NCBI RefSeq assembly: GCF_964204645.1
Contig: NC_134029.1
Span: 13,542,850 to 13,606,849, forward strand
DNA: 64,000 bases
Direction of reading: 5' to 3'
Origin: Tubulanus polymorphus
Lineage: Eukaryota; Animalia; Nemertea
A program made the translations under genes and the position numbers. Every line of letters starts with the position of its first letter. Within the stretch, counting starts at the first letter, position 1. Below the pieces are notes generated by a model. The model was not told the DNA's origin and ran no database searches. It saw nothing but the letters and a program-made list of their open reading frames with translations. Below, piece after piece: positions 12,400-26,463 of the stretch.

Positions 12400-13565
12400 A
12401 AAATTTGAAATATAATATTCCTCCTATTACAATTCCTATACAAGTTATAGCTAATTTAGTATTTTCATGTGATTTATTATCATTATTAGTTTTAATTATA
12501 TCATGCTGGATATTATCAGTTTTTATATTTTCTGATGTATTGTAATCACCTTCCACCTTCACCTTAGTTTTGAAGCAGAAATAATTCTTTTACTTATATC
12601 ATTTAATCCAAACTTATTATTTATTGTTGCACTTTTAATTAAATTATTGTAACCAATTATATTTCCCCTTTTGTAATATTTAATCATCAGAAATAATTAT
12701 TATCTAGGGCCTATACAATAATAAAACCTAATATGTGATTCATCTAAATAATTTTGACATCTTACTATATTTTCTGGAATCGATAATTATTTTTACCATA
12801 ATGAATAGAATCTTCAAATAAAACTTTAAATTGTTTCTGTGCATCAAATTAAGTATTATCATTTCCTATTGGTGATCTTGTTTCAACCTGTGATCCTAAT
12901 ATACAAATCAAATATATTCTAATGGATGATTTATTCTTTGTATTCCAGACTTGGTAAATCCTTTACTATCTTCTAAAATTTTCCCAACCATTATTATTTT
13001 GTTGTTGTGTATTATTATAATATTTTGGTAATTCATTCCAATTTAGTGTTCTTACATCTGAATTTGTTATTATTTTACCAAATTCTTTAGTATATAAAAT
13101 TCCTAATCCACCCATTGTACCAATTTTTTGCTCTAAAATCATTATTTTGAATTATTATTAAATTCATTACATATTTTATAAAACTTAGAAAAATTAATAT
13201 TAATTTAAGAAGTCTAAAAAGTGATAGTATTAATGGTAAACTTGGTTTATTTAAATGATCATTCCAACTTATACCACACCCTTGTTGCGCAATAAACTGC
13301 AAAATTTAATTGGTCCTGCCAATACTTCATATAAGATTTTAATAACCATTGTTTTGCCTCATTTAAATTTTCAAAATTAATTGTATATACATTAAATATA
13401 TTTTCCATTTTAACAATCAAATTATTAGTTTCAGTAATATTAAATATCTCAATTAATTAATGAATTTAAAAGTAAATTTTTATATGAAATATTTTTGTAA
13501 AAATAAATTGCTGGCATATTATATTTAATTGATTTATTATATTGGAAAGCTTTTGGAAACCCCAT
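12400..13565 (-). pseudogene. Conserved hypothetical viral protein with C-terminal TM
   Basis: MGFPKAFQY.., YWQDQLNFAVYC, GCGISWNDH, CILGSQVETRS; homolog of 60052-61356. Confidence 0.7.
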
Positions 13566-13585
13566 TTATATAATAAAAAAAATTA

Positions 13586-14006
13586 ATAATTTATTAATTC
13601 TTTTAATAATTTATCTTGTTTTTCAATTGTTATATTACCATTTAAACTAATAATATAAGCTTGTGTATTTTTCAATTTATTAACTTCATTTATATAAGAT
13701 TTAATTTTTCTTTATTACTTTTTATATTTAATTTTGAAGTTATTCCGGTTAATACACTTGAACTTAAACCTAAAACGCCAATTGATATAGCTAAAGGTGT
13801 TAATGGACTGAATATTGCTAAAAATGTTATCACCGAACTAATTGTAACTGAACCACTAATAATAAAATATATATTTTATATATTATAAAATATTTTTTCT
13901 TTTTAATTTTTAAATCATTTTCAAATTCTAATATTTGTTTTTCTAAATATATTTTTAATTTAGTTTTATTTATATCATGAGGAATAATATTAACACCATC
14001 TTCCAT
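13586..14006 (-). pseudogene. Coiled-coil/TM hypothetical viral protein
   Basis: MEDGVNIIPHDINKTKLKIYLEKQI..FLAIFSPLTPLAISIGVLG; homolog of 61376-61779. Confidence 0.6.
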
Positions 14007-14011
14007 TTATA

Positions 14012-14439
14012 TTATGAAAAATTAGTAAATTTATATGCTACAAATATAAAAATAATTGTTCCACCTAAAATCCAAATTATTTCATATTGTAGTTGTTCTT
14101 TACTTGGGGTATAATAATCTGATAATTTCGGTTTATATAGATGTAATTTTTCACGATTTGTTACTGCGTTACATAAACTCATAGCATCATCAACTGGCTT
14201 AAAATCTCTATGAGAAATATTTTGGTTATATAATTCTTTATTAATATAATCCATATAATTATGTCTCTTTTCTCTATATTCTTCTGCAGCTTTATTATAT
14301 TTCTCTAATGCTAAGTAATGTCTTTTTTGTTCTGATAATGAACCATTTTTATGAATATGTTTAAATAAATAACCACCACCTGTAAATGCTAAAGCGTTAA
14401 CAATTGCCGATCCTATAATGGTTATAACTTCAGATGCAT
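14012..14439 (-). pseudogene. Membrane protein (AIVNALAFTGGGYLF / EQKRH motif)
   Basis: Homolog of intact 61798-62217. Confidence 0.7.
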
Positions 14440-14454
14440 TTTATTTAATAAAAT

Positions 14455-15050
14455 AATTACGCATTAATAAGAGGAATATATTTTTGTTTTTTCCAAATAA
14501 TCAATTGTTAAATTAGATAGAGTAACTGCTAACGTTAATTTTAAAATATCATTGATATAGAATTTATCAACATTAATACTTCCCATTTTAAATACTTTTT
14601 TATATCATTGTATAACCAACAGTTCCAACTGATAGTAATGCTCCATTATATTAACCAGTTATCATCCACTTCTGATCCGCCATTTATTTAGAAAAAAATT
14701 ACTATCTTCAAAATATTTAGTTATCTTATCTATAATTATTTCAACATTTATAATATTATTAGTTTCATTTTCATATACTTCAGTTATTATTTTTCTGATA
14801 TCATCAATAATAAAATCTTCATCTACTTCATAACATCTTGAAGAATTTCTAATTAAATCAGTAATCTTTTCTACATCATAAATTCCTTTATCTATTGTTG
14901 TTTCATAATCAAATGTTGTTTCATTGAAAAATGCATATTTTAACAATAACATTTAAAAATGAGTTATAACATCATTAATGTTACATTTCATTTCTTTCTC
15001 ACGTTTAAAATCAAATCCAAAACATATACTCGGTCTTCTGTTATATTCAT
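14455..15050 (-). pseudogene. Two small conserved viral genes (homologs of 62237-62473 and 62470-62817)
   Basis: GALLSVGTVGYTM; CFGFDFKREKEMK..EDFIIDDI..YFEDSNFF. Confidence 0.6.
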
Positions 15051-15075
15051 ATTTATATATATATATAAAAAATTA

Positions 15076-15835
15076 TTACTGTTTACATCTTATAACTAAT
15101 TCATAAATTACAGGAAAATTATTTAAATCATTTAAGTAAAAATTATGATTTCTTAATTCTAATTTAAAATTATTAAATCGTGGAATACAAGGCTTGAAAT
15201 CACATTCAGCTAAATTATAATTCATTGTTTCATGCGTTCCAAACTGTTTAACATTTTTTAATGGTAAAATATTTAATATACTAGAATTACAAATTGTATC
15301 TTTAGTTGCTTCAAATGTTTTTATAGGATCAATTAAATTACAATAAATATAGAATTGTGTGTAAGGTATTAAGTTTGACCTACCTTCTACGCTTGCAGTA
15401 ACAATATTTGTTTTAATTCCTAACATTTTAGCCATTGGTTTGTTTACCATAAATTTATTTTGTTCATTAGCTAATTTTATTCTTATTTTATCAGAACTAT
15501 CAATTTTAACAAATTTAATTTCAAACTTACTTGATGGGCCTATTTCTAAACGAGCTATTTTATTAATTTTTTGCGCTAATGATTCTAAATTACATAATCC
15601 TGGTTTAAGAACTAGATGAAACCATTTACTTTTATTTCTAATATAAATTGCAATACCTCTATGTTCAATAGTTTTATCCGATATATTGTATGAGTTACAT
15701 AAACTAATATTTACTAAATTGAAATCAACATTAATTCTTAAATTCTCTATCTAATTGTACTAGTAAATTATGTGATTTGGAATTTATAAGTTTTCTAGAA
15801 TCAACAAATATTCTATATTCTTTTAATTCAACCAT
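15076..15835 (-). pseudogene. Minor capsid (penton-like) protein
   Basis: N-terminal FVDSRKL..SYNI, C-terminal FYIYCNLID and FPVIYELVI resemble Polinton mCP; frameshifted. Confidence 0.68.
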
Positions 15836-15902
15836 TATTTCTAACGCAAAAAATTACTTCGAACCACTAAAAATTAATTTCTATAAAATTTTCCCTAAAT
15901 AA

Positions 15903-16968
15903 ATGGACGAGAAGTTAGAATGTGAAATTTGTGGTGAACTTCATAGAAAAAGTAATATGGCTCGACGTATGAAAAAACATGATAAAAATTATAAACCCTC
16001 CAAAATAAACTGCCCAAATTGTATTAAATTATTCTCAAGAAATTATGTTAAAAAACATTCAGAGAAATTTAAAATTAATAACTTAATGGTTAATGTTGAT
16101 AGTTACGAAAGTAATAATAATTCTGTTGAAACTGAACCTGAAATGATTTGGAAAAGACCTTTTTTATTTTATGACAAGAATAATATAAAGAATCATTTTT
16201 GTGAGCATTGTCGAATGAAATCTAGCCCTGAAAATATAGAAGATTGGGAGAATCATCAATTTAAAAAAGCACATTTAGAAAAAAATTCTAATAAATTTGA
16301 AACAGAATTTAATGAAAGAAAAATTAATATATTAGAAAAAAATAAAATATAAGAAAACGTTACGAGATAATAAAAAAACACTTGAAAAGTAAGAAAAACC
16401 ATTTAATGAATTAATAAGAAAAACATGTTATTGTAAATATTGTACATTGATTATTACAACAATTAATTCAAATCTACCTAATAAAACATAAAGAAAACGT
16501 AAGAAAATACCAAGAAATTAATGTAGATCTATTACCAAGATATGATAGAAAAAAATGCCACAATGTATCTATGAGTACTTAAGACAAGAAGATTCTGTGA
16601 TATTTTGTAATGAATGTGGATGGCAAAGAAATTTATGGGGTGATGAAAAAACTAGAGATTTTCTTATAGAACCAAAATTAAAATATCTAGATGAAATATT
16701 TAAAATATTTTCTATGGAAGATCATACACCGGAATATAAGCAATGGCTTGAAAAAATGAAAATAATAGAAAATAAAAGTGGTGAAATAACTAAGAAAGAT
16801 ATAATAAAAACAATCATTCCGTCAACATGTAACACAAAAGAAAAGAAAATGTATTTATATCTATTATTAAACGATTATTATAAAAAACCTAAATTCACAA
16901 AAGAAGATATGGAAAATATAAAAGAAACATTCACAAAAACATTAAAATATTGGATTCAAATCCAATGA
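15903..16968 (+). pseudogene. C2H2-type Zn-finger hypothetical protein(s)
   Basis: CEICGELHRKSNMARRMKKH, CPNC, CEHC, FCNECGW; paralog of 1613-2631. Confidence 0.65.
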
Positions 16969-17379
16969 AGAAGCATTTTCTTAGATTATGAGTAAAAATC
17001 TTAGATTATTATTATCTTAAACTTAGATTATAAATAAATCCTCGCAAGCTCGAATTTATTTTAATTTTTTACTCACTCGCCCCTTCAACCTTTGATATGA
17101 ACCCTATTATCCCTATTACTCTTAAAATATTCATGTTTTAAAAGTGAGAGTAAAATTCTAACAGAATAATCTAGAAAATAAGATCAAATAGAGATTTCGA
17201 ATGATAAAATATAATTCTTAACATAAAAAGTAACGAGTAGTAACGAGTAAAATAATTCACATTTAAAACATTAAATATTTATATTTATATGCGTTAGATT
17301 CTTATTTTTAAACATAAAAAGTGTGAGTAATTAACGATTGAAATAATTCATATTTAAAACAGCGAATATTTATTTTAAA

Positions 17380-18035
17380 ATTAGAACTTTAGAAAAAGAT
17401 AGAACTGATAAAATAAAAGAAATAGAACAATTGAAATTAGATAGAGATAATATAGTTATTGAAGAAATTGATTTTTAAAAAAGAAATGCATATTTAGAAA
17501 TGAAAAAGATGATTTAGAATAAAACATAGAATTTCAGAAAGAAGAAATTAAATTATTCTTAAAATCATATGATTATAATATTAATAGATTAAAAGTTATT
17601 TTCAAAGATTTGTTGATAAAACCAAATTCTGAAATATCATTAAAAGATAGAATAAGATTATTATTTAAGTTAGAAGGTAAAACAATTCTTTCAATTCTAA
17701 CAGCGGTAACTATGATATTTACAACAATTGGTTTAGCCATATCAAATTCACTGAAATCTATACCAAATCCTAATAAACCGGATAAACCCCCAAATGATAA
17801 TAATTCATTACAAGATAAAGAGAAAGATGAATTAAAAAAATTAGCAAAATATCTATGGGAACTATCTAAAAAATCTGCAGCAGCTTTACCCGGAGTTATA
17901 GCATCAATTGTTGGTTTTATATTGAAATCTGCAGGAAATATTCTTAACTTTGCTGCTGAACATATTATTTTATTTTTAATTACAGTTGAAAGTGCAGTTA
18001 TTTTTGGTTTAGTGAATATGATAAAAAATAAATAA
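17380..18035 (+). pseudogene. C-terminal part of the membrane-active coiled-coil protein
   Basis: TILSILTAVTMIFTTIGLAIS..AAALPGVIASIVGFILKSAG..AAEHIILFL; 5' part deleted. Confidence 0.75.
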
Positions 18036-18055
18036 TTAATTTTTTTGTTTAATAA

Positions 18056-19302
18056 ATGAGTGGGAGTTACATAAATCCTTCTAAGAATCCAAGAATATCT
18101 AATGCTATTAAAGCAGAAAGATCTCATCATATAATTACTCTTAATCCTTCTAATATCAACCCCGAAGAAACTTCTTATGTTAGAATTCCGAGGTTAACAC
18201 AAAATACTTTTAATGTTCCAAATAGTATTTATTTATCAGCTGATATAAATGTAACTGGTAATAATAATAATTATGTTGTTGATAATGTTGGAAGATATTT
18301 GATTAAAAAATTAACTATAAAGATTGGACCAGAAACAGTTTTCTCATTAGATGATTATAATTTATTTATGCATTATAAAGATTTATGGTTAACAAAAGAA
18401 AATAGAAATAATATGATATTTCAAGGTATCCAATCAGAAAACCATAATAAATTAAGATCAGGAGCTAATGACGCAATAGTAACTCGTACCGCAGATAATT
18501 TGATAAAAAAGATTTATGGCAGTAAATATAAAATTCCATTAGACTTTGAATTGATAAATAATAATGCGCCTTTATATAAATATGCTATACAAGAAGATAT
18601 TATATTCGAAATAACATTTGCTCCTGTTAATGAAATTGTATTATCTAGCGTTGTTAAAGATATGGGTTATAAATTATCGAATGTTTGTTTAGAATATGAC
18701 ACAGTCACTGATGAAAATATTTCAAGCATAATTCAAACTCAATACAATCAAGGATTTTCATTATCATATGATTATATTGATAAATTTAAAACTGTAACTA
18801 TTAATGCACATGATGAAATAATTAATGAGAATATTAACTTCCCAAGAAAATCTATTAAAGGTATATTAATATTTTTTAACAATTGCAACATATTCTAATG
18901 GCGCAATACAAGTTGAAGTATTATAATCCTGAAATAACAAAAGTAGAAATAACTATCGAAGGTATAGCAAATAAAATATTTTGCCAAGGAATGAGAATGA
19001 TAGATCAGTGGCCAGAAATTAGAAAAGATTTTATGAATGAAAAAAATAAATCATCTGAAAATTGTAATATTAATCAAATTGATTATTATACCGGTAATAG
19101 ATACGCATTATGGTTATATTTTAGAACAACAGAGGATAATTCATTACATGGTTCTGGGAAGAAATTACAGAACACTAAAGATGGAATACAATTATTCATG
19201 AAAAAGAAAAAAGGGAGCTTAAATTTCAAAATGCATATTTATATTATATCTGACGCGCAATTAAATATTGTTAATTCTCAATTTAATAGTGTTATGTATT
19301 AA
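18056..19302 (+). pseudogene. Major capsid protein (double jelly-roll, inferred), one frameshift near 18880
   Basis: ~415 codons with a beta-rich pattern (YKDLWL, YKIPLDFELI, ENINFPRKSIKGIL, YYNPEITKVEITIEG, LHGSG); size and position fit a Polinton MCP. Confidence 0.78.
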
Positions 19303-19334
19303 AATTTTAGTTTTAATAATAATTTATATAATAA

Positions 19335-20138
19335 ATGGAGGCAGGTAAAGTATATAAACATATTCCATACATTGATAAACATGAAAATAATGATGGCATA
19401 TATTATGTAATACCTTGTAATATAGCTTTGATATCTGATCCTATTTTCAAAAAAGATAAAACTAAACTAATAGAAATCAATAATAATAAAAGTGAAGTTG
19501 TTGATGATTTAAGTAATGAAATTGATAATAATTTTTTACCTTCTACATCTGATAATGTTTTACCTACTAAATATAATAATGAAATAATATTAGATTATAG
19601 GGAAAATAGAAATTATTGTGTTTATTGTAAAGGTGAATTTTAAAACAGCCCATCAAATTGGATTAATCATATGAATACATTTGTACATATTACTAATGTT
19701 ATAAAACGCGTTGGTTTAAGAGAATTTATAGAACACCCATTTAGATATGTAGCAAAGTTTATTTCAAATAAAAAAGTAAATGGTAAAGATTTATATAAAG
19801 ATTTATTAGGTGAATCTTTATATAAGGAACCTGAACACAGTAAACATGAATTAGATTTAACTGATGCTAATAAAATATTAGGATCAAACATTGTAAAAAA
19901 AATATTAAGGCCAAACACTTAGAAAGAGGATATAGTTACAGATAATGAAGATTATTTAGATACAGATTGGACAAAACATGAAGTAGTAACTATTGATGAT
20001 GCGGTAGATAGGTTGAAAAAGGATTATAATGAAGAAACTTATGATGATCCGGTAGAAAGGTTTAATAGATTGTTAGAGTCTGATGATGAATTGGAGGATG
20101 ATGATGAAAATGATGTCACATCTCACATTCACATAAAA
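19335..20138 (+). pseudogene. Hypothetical viral protein with CxxC and acidic tail
   Basis: NYCVYCKGEF..EFIEHPFRYV; homolog of 56548-57252. Confidence 0.65.
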
Positions 20139-20374
20139 TAATAGTTGAAAATGGTATAAAATAATAGTTAATAAAAAAGGGTTTTTAAGTATTTAGGTAT
20201 CTAAAATGTATTAATTTATATAACCTCTATTATTTTCAAACTTAGTAGAAAAAATAAAAATATATTAGTTGAAAAATTAAAATAAATAATATATATTTCA
20301 AAAAGGGGGTTTTAAGCATTTATGTATCTAATACGTATCTAATACGTATCTAATACATAATTGCTTTAAATGCC

Positions 20375-20985
20375 TTATTTTATAAATTTATATTCATAGG
20401 GAAATTGAAGCCTCAGTAATAATTTTGAACCTTTATTACTTTTTAATTTATTCATATATTCATCATGTAAGTTAGTAGGTATAATTTGATTTTCTTCCAG
20501 AGATTGCTGCATTGATTTTCTATCTTTATTATAGAATAATACTAAAAATCTAATGTTTTCTCTAAAGTCTTTAACAATTTAATTATATTTTTGATTTAAA
20601 ACCCATGTTGTTATCCCAAAATGTCTCCCAGAGAAAGCTAGATAGCATAACTCACTTTCTCTAATTTTTGAATCATGTAAATTAGCACAATCATCTATAA
20701 TGAATAATGTATTTGATCCTTTATAATTATCAATTGCTGTTTTTATACAATTATCTAAATTTTCTTTCACTTTTTTAGGATTTAATATAATAAACTTTTT
20801 ATCTTAACTATATCTCTATTATATGTTTTAATCATTTCATAAGTGGGGCAGAATAATATTATATTATCAAAATGATTCTTATAAATAGTTTCTAACAAAT
20901 CTAATATGAAATGCGTTTTACCACAGTTGGTTACACCAGTAACTTACATATTATGTGGTTCAAATATAAATAAATCTTTATTCAT
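20375..20985 (-). pseudogene. Packaging ATPase
   Basis: GVTNCGKT, FIIDDC, FSGRHFG; premature TAA after NQKYN. Confidence 0.9.
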
Positions 20986-21215
20986 TTATTCTTTTAATTT
21001 TATTAGATAAACCCCATTCATTAAATTTATCATCATACCCTTTATATTTCACCAAAGAATACTTTTTTCCTTTTAGAGTTTTTGTTTTCAATACTTTTTC
21101 TATTTTGTATTCTATATCATCTGGATTTGGTACAAGTGCTAATTCTTGTTCATAGAAATAACCTAATATTTCTTCATCTTTTAAATCTTCTAATTTATAA
21201 ACAAAAGGTTTAGTA
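20978..21215 (-). pseudogene. Integrase C-terminus with chromodomain (5' truncated)
   Basis: GYFYEQEL..YKIEKVLK..LVKYKGYDDKFNEW; matches the end of 55364-55915. Confidence 0.85.
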
Positions 21216-21230
21216 TGGAATGAAATTCAA

Positions 21231-21480
21231 GACAAAATTATATGATGTTTTTATACATATATACATATTTTCTATGGCATTTTCATATCAATTTAAAACA
21301 TATCTAAATGAATTTTAGACATATACATATCTTTTTAAGACATAAACATATGTTTTTAGACAAAAATTATATGATATTCTTATACATTTACGTATATTTT
21401 CTATGGCATTTTCATATCAATTTAAAACATATCTAAATGAATTGAAGACATATACATATCTTTTTTAAGACATTTACATT
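21231..21480. repeat. Direct duplication of a ~125-130 bp AT-rich unit
   Basis: TTCTATGGCATTTTCATATCAATTTAAAACATATCTAAATGAATT occurs at ~21270 and ~21399. Confidence 0.8.
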
Positions 21481-22071
21481 TCAAACATATACATATATTA
21501 TACACACGTTTCTAAAGATATTATATGTCGTGTGTATTTTAGACATATACATATGCGCCATCTACTTCATACCTCGATAACTATTTATAAATATATGACT
21601 GTATTTTCTAAAAACATATGGTCGATCCATGCGCCCTCATCTATTAAATTTAGAGTTCAGACTGAGAACCAGAAAATGATGACGAAGCAGTGTGGCGGAT
21701 CGGACTAATGTTATGACGGAACCAGTCTAAATTGGTCAAGGTCGCAGAAGGCTTTCGGGTAACCATTATTCTTTTTCGCTCAAGGTCATCGACCCCTCAC
21801 AAAGAGCTATTCACTGCTGCCGGTTTTATTATCTTCTTGAAGTTTTTGTAGTTAAAGACTATGTAGGCCTACGGACGTGACGTATGTTTATCTCTCCTCG
21901 AAGGCTATATAGTTTAGGCGCAGGCCTCTTCAGTTGCCACATCACAGGGCACAGAGCAACAACATACATAATTGTCAGCAGAGCAGATTTTGTCTTTCCA
22001 TCACTCGGTACTAGACGATCTTCTGATTTTAGTCACTATTTAATAGGCCTATAGTCTAGTATACTACGGCT

Positions 22072-22203
22072 TAGCCACTCACCAGTCTTAACACGTTGAC
22101 CAAGGGTTAACAGTCAGTCGTCCTATACTACCGGACGGTCTTAAACTAATAGTCTGACTGACTGTTAACCCTTGGTCAACTTGTTAAGACTGGCGAGTGG
22201 CTA
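22072..22203. mobile_element. Palindromic MITE-like hairpin (~48-bp arms)
   Basis: TAGCCACTCACCAGTCTTAACACGTTGACCAAGGGTTAACAGTCAGTC is matched by its reverse complement ending GAGTGGCTA. Confidence 0.8.
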
Positions 22204-23232
22204 TTCTTATATAGCCCAATACATGGGCGGCACCAGAGGTGCGAACAACCCCCTTTGTAGAAATTCCCAAACGATCGTCGCATAGGGAATTGACCTCGAT
22301 AATGCGGTTGCAGCACTTAACGATCGTCGATGTGTCATCACCAGTCACAATCAACGCCTGAAATATTTCTGTCTGAAGGGCAGATCCCGCTCGGGTGCGG
22401 GGCAAATATTAGACGGAATCATAAATATTTGTGGATGGTTAGGTCCCGTTGTTCTTGACGTATTCGTTGGTAATATGCCTAGTGGATTGCATCAGAATGC
22501 ATCAGACATAATTTTGCAGAAATTTCCGCTCCGCTCTTCGGCGACTTTTATACTTAGTTAAATATTACGTACTCGACCCCCCGTAGAAAATTCGCCCATG
22601 AACAAACTGATGAGTTAAACTAATGTTCGTCACAGTTGATCAACAACAACTACACAAACTAGTTCAGCGTGGTAATGCTAGGAACAACTTGTATTGGTCT
22701 AGATCATTGTAATGATGACTTAAGTTCCTATTTTTTAGCTCATGAATGCATCAGAGGTGTTTGATATATATTCAGCTATACGAAATATTCCCAGCTTAAT
22801 TGAACGAGCTCACAATATTTGTGCAAGTTCTGAAGAATTTATTCTCAATGTGGCAGAAATTTTGTTGAGACGGCTTTCTGATCACACAAAAATCTTATTC
22901 TTGTACTGCTCCTACGAACTGACGAAAATTGGGAACGAAGGCCTGTGGAGATCATGAATACACTTTTGCAAAATTTACTTGCTGCTTCCACTGTTCTCTC
23001 TACTGTCACTGATGAACATTATTTGAGAGTAAATGTTTGTCTTGGTTATATAAACATTGAACATGAACATAGTGGTCTTGTTGGTAAGTAGGATTTGTAC
23101 ATTTGATAAACGTAGTAGTAATCAGTTGTGTTGGAAGTGCAGCGGCATAGCTTAAATCACGATGATAATTTACTGAATGACGTTTTTTTTCTTTGAATAC
23201 CATATTTTTTCACATTCACCGCAGTATTAGAA

Positions 23233-24363
23233 CGGTGTTGTCATATCGCGGAAAGACGGAATCGCGGAATTTTCCAAAAACGCGGAATTTCTTCATTTTT
23301 ACTTTAAATAGAAAACGGGTTTTCCCACGGGGATACCCACTGTCGGACAGGGCACCGGACCGATCGATGCAACGAGTTAGGTTCGAGTCCCATTATTTGC
23401 AGGCAATTTATATGGAATTATTATATTACGATACCGTTGACTGGCTGCCACCTGTAGAAGAAGTCAGAATCAAGTGGGGTGAAAGAGACCAGGCACCTAA
23501 TGTCTATTTCTACTAGGCAAACTTCGGTTATCGAAGTTCATCGACTTTTTGAGAACTTCAGAAACGAATATTATCAGATAAATATTGAGCACGTTCGCGG
23601 TGTCGGACCGTAGTTGTAGATGGTTGCAAACATGAAATCCTACGACCAAACAAGTACCGGTTCAAATTCCTTCGTCAAATTCGTCCAGTACCGGTACCAA
23701 TAAGATTCTTTTGATCCAAATAATCAGCATAGGAACATATGTTATAGCAGCCACAAAGTAAACATTAAAAAAACGAAACCATTTTATAATCTTTCATATC
23801 ATTTAATTCTTAAAGATAAACCACATTCCCTTAAAACAACAATGTAGACACACAACACGCATGAACAATCCTAAGCCAGAATGAAATATACATAATGTCT
23901 ATTTATTTTCGTCTGACATCGATCCAGTTCCACAGTTGTGAGTTAACTCTGAGTTACTTAGAATCAATTCATTTCCAATGTTTTAAATCCAGAGACCAGA
24001 GTCAAATCTTAACTCGGAACTGAGTCCTGGAGAATGCCCCTTGGTGTCATCACAAATCCTACGTTTACGTACCATCGATTTGTATTCCTTCAGTTAATGC
24101 AGCGACACTCTGTATCACTGAATTCGCAAAGCACGTATTGCCTAGGTTCTACATTATTTTGGAACAGTATCGTTAAGTTGTTGACTGGCGATATAATAAA
24201 TTATCAAATACTAATTCCCGGTGTTGAAAACCTGGGTCCGGTGCCCTGTCCGACAGTGGGTATCCCCGTGGGAAAACCCGTCTACTATTTATAGTAAAAA
24301 TGAAGAAATTCCGCGTTTTTGGAAAATTCCGCGATTCCGTCTTTCCGCGATATGACAACACCG
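23233..24363. mobile_element. Non-autonomous Mutator-like DNA transposon (~128-bp TIRs, 9-bp TSD)
   Basis: TIR CGGTGTTGTCATATCGCGG..GGCACCGGACC at both ends; flanks GTATTAGAA / GTATAAGAA (8 of 9 match). Confidence 0.85.
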
Positions 24364-24709
24364 GTATAAGAACCTGTCAAAAATCGGCAATTGGCCACAG
24401 CAATCAAAATCTACTTCCAACGCGCCTGGTAATACCCTAATTTTCATTTCAATTTGCATACCGGGTATATGGTTCAAAGATATCCTCAAACTAGCTATTA
24501 AAGTTAGGTTAACATTTGAATAATTAAAGCAATTATTTTTTTTCAGGGCGCCCTAGAATCAGCTATGATGTTGACAAACTATCTCAGCTCTGTAATGATA
24601 GTAGATTCAGGTCTCTACATGAAATTGCTGCAGAAATTGTTGTTTCCACTAGGACTCTTTATAGGTTTGTAGATGTAACAACATTCAAGGAGTCAGTATT
24701 ACGTCAGGT

Positions 24710-26463
24710 TGTGACGGTATTTAGTTGTACTGTGAGCCTCGCGGGCGTATTCTGAGTTGCCTTTCTTTTCGGAGTCATGAGAAAAATCGAGTTAGTTGAT
24801 AATGCGATTTGTGGCATTCTTACCCATTCCCCTGATGCCTCGGGTCGGATTTGGAGGGGGTTGATTGGTTGAGTTTAGTATCGTTTAGTATCAAGCACCC
24901 CGGACCGGATGCCACGTGCGAGTTGTTTATGAATGTGACGTCACCCTGTCAATCACTTCCGGGTCATCCCTCGTCACGCTCCGGATAATCGTCGTTTTCC
25001 CTTTGTAATCAAATTAGAGTCACCTGATATTTCCCGAATAGGTAGTCGTGAATATTTTATAGTTCTGAAGTGCATGAGAACGTTTATGAAGAAATCCGGA
25101 GTGGAAATTAGCTGTGAGCGTTTTATCCGGGTTCGAAGCGCGCGCCAGTTGCCGAGACGGGCTTCTACGCGCCCTTCCCTCCCTTCGCGTTCAAAGGAAA
25201 GAATTTTTCTGCCGGTTTCTATTATTTTATCTATTAACCTCAGAAAGAAGCTTTCGGGAAATGTTTACTTGAAAGGAATCGGTGAAGAAACGAAGATTTT
25301 AGAGCCGTTTGAAAGTTCGAACAGAGCACAGTCATTTATGCGGCGCGAAATCAACAAAAAGCGTGGCGCGACACTCCGGGGTCGGCAATCTCGCCATAAA
25401 AGGCGCGCGATTCGCCGACTCGAGACAGTCTTCTCTCGACCGTTGAGGGGTTAAGTAGAAGAGTAGTTGCAGCAAGATATAAGTGGTTGAGTTTCGTTGG
25501 GTGTTCGCCCTGCGGGGTTGTGGCGCCGTATGGGCGCGTTATTAGTTGAAGGGCCTGTAATACGTATGCGTCATAGTTGAGTCGTCCGTACCTTCGTGTA
25601 TATAGTAAAACAAGTCCCCAACATTTTTCCGAGGGGATGTGTGTCCCTAGGAAGTCGTATTTTAATGTTCAACGCCCTATGATACGGGAATAAGTGGATA
25701 AATAAAAGTTATACATGCAATGTTAATGTCTCGGGACCCGAGGCGAGTTAGTCGTATCGCTCGGACGTTAGTGCGTATACCCGCGTGTAGTAGTAGGCCT
25801 AGCAGTATGTCTGGTCGTTCGTATACAGATGATGTTCGGGGTTGCGGGCCGACAATAAAGTTTGGTTTGAATTGAATTGGTGTAGAGAAGCGCTAGTGTG
25901 ATGGTGTAAAGTCCCGGGTGTTGTCATGTACACGCGTATAAGTTATATTTTGTGGAGGGAGACGACCTCGTTTAATAGTGTGTAATAAATTTATGTTCCC
26001 GTGACGTTTTGTATGACGAACCTTGAGTCGCGTACTTCGCGAAAGTTTCGGTGTGGGATAATTAAGTCCGTGTATATATAAAAGAGTTATTTCCTTCTTT
26101 CTCACTGATACGCCCGCGCCGAGCTGATGGGAGCGACAGTAGAGTGTCAACGTAGATAGAGCTGCGTCGCCGGTAGTGGAAGAATACGTCAGAGAACAGT
26201 TATAGTCGATTAGCCCGTTATCACGTACAGTGTATTTCTAATGAAAATAAAGTGTACATCGATTCATTTTCCTTTAAACATGTGGTCATTTAGGTTGATT
26301 TTGGTTGTTTGTGGCTTATATGTGCGAGTACCCCTGAATTGTGATTGAGCAGGTGTGTTGCGGACTCGGCAGTAGAGGATCATCGGATAAGGCCCCGAGG
26401 TCCTTCGAGGTACGATGCAGCGTTCGTCGGCTTTGTATCCTGTGGCGTTGGACATACTGTCAC
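24710..26463 (+). mobile_element. Probable solo-LTR-like insertion in a transposase intron
   Basis: GC-richer block beginning TGTGAC and ending near GTCAC, with TATATAAAAG (~26075) and AATAAA (~26246); no TSD confirmed. Confidence 0.4.

Larger units (their letters stand above)
5290..16975. mobile_element. Polinton/adintovirus-like element, copy B (no PolB, integrase deleted)
   Basis: Terminal-leader sequence, then ATPase, MCP, membrane proteins, penton and Zn-finger genes homologous to copies C, D and E; many stops and frameshifts. Confidence 0.88.
17030..21215. mobile_element. Polinton/adintovirus-like element, copy C (inverted relative to D)
   Basis: Hairpin remnant, membrane protein, MCP and hypothetical gene (+); ATPase and integrase C-terminus (-). 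Confidence 0.88.

Noticed and set aside
17573-18130. 185-aa minus-strand ORF (also 58203-58766)
   Set aside because: Antisense shadow of the membrane-protein/MCP junction; its conservation follows the sense genes.
5290-21215. Alternative genetic code or programmed frameshifting to explain broken viral ORFs
   Set aside because: Stops and indels mostly differ between copies and come with deletions and TE insertions; decay, plus possible homopolymer errors, suffices.
23193-24489. Pair of similar ORFs (SYRGKTESRNFPK)
   Set aside because: They read through the two TIRs of a non-autonomous transposon.
25074-25454. 126-aa Arg-rich ORF
   Set aside because: No recognizable motif; lies in a GC-richer LTR-like intronic insertion.
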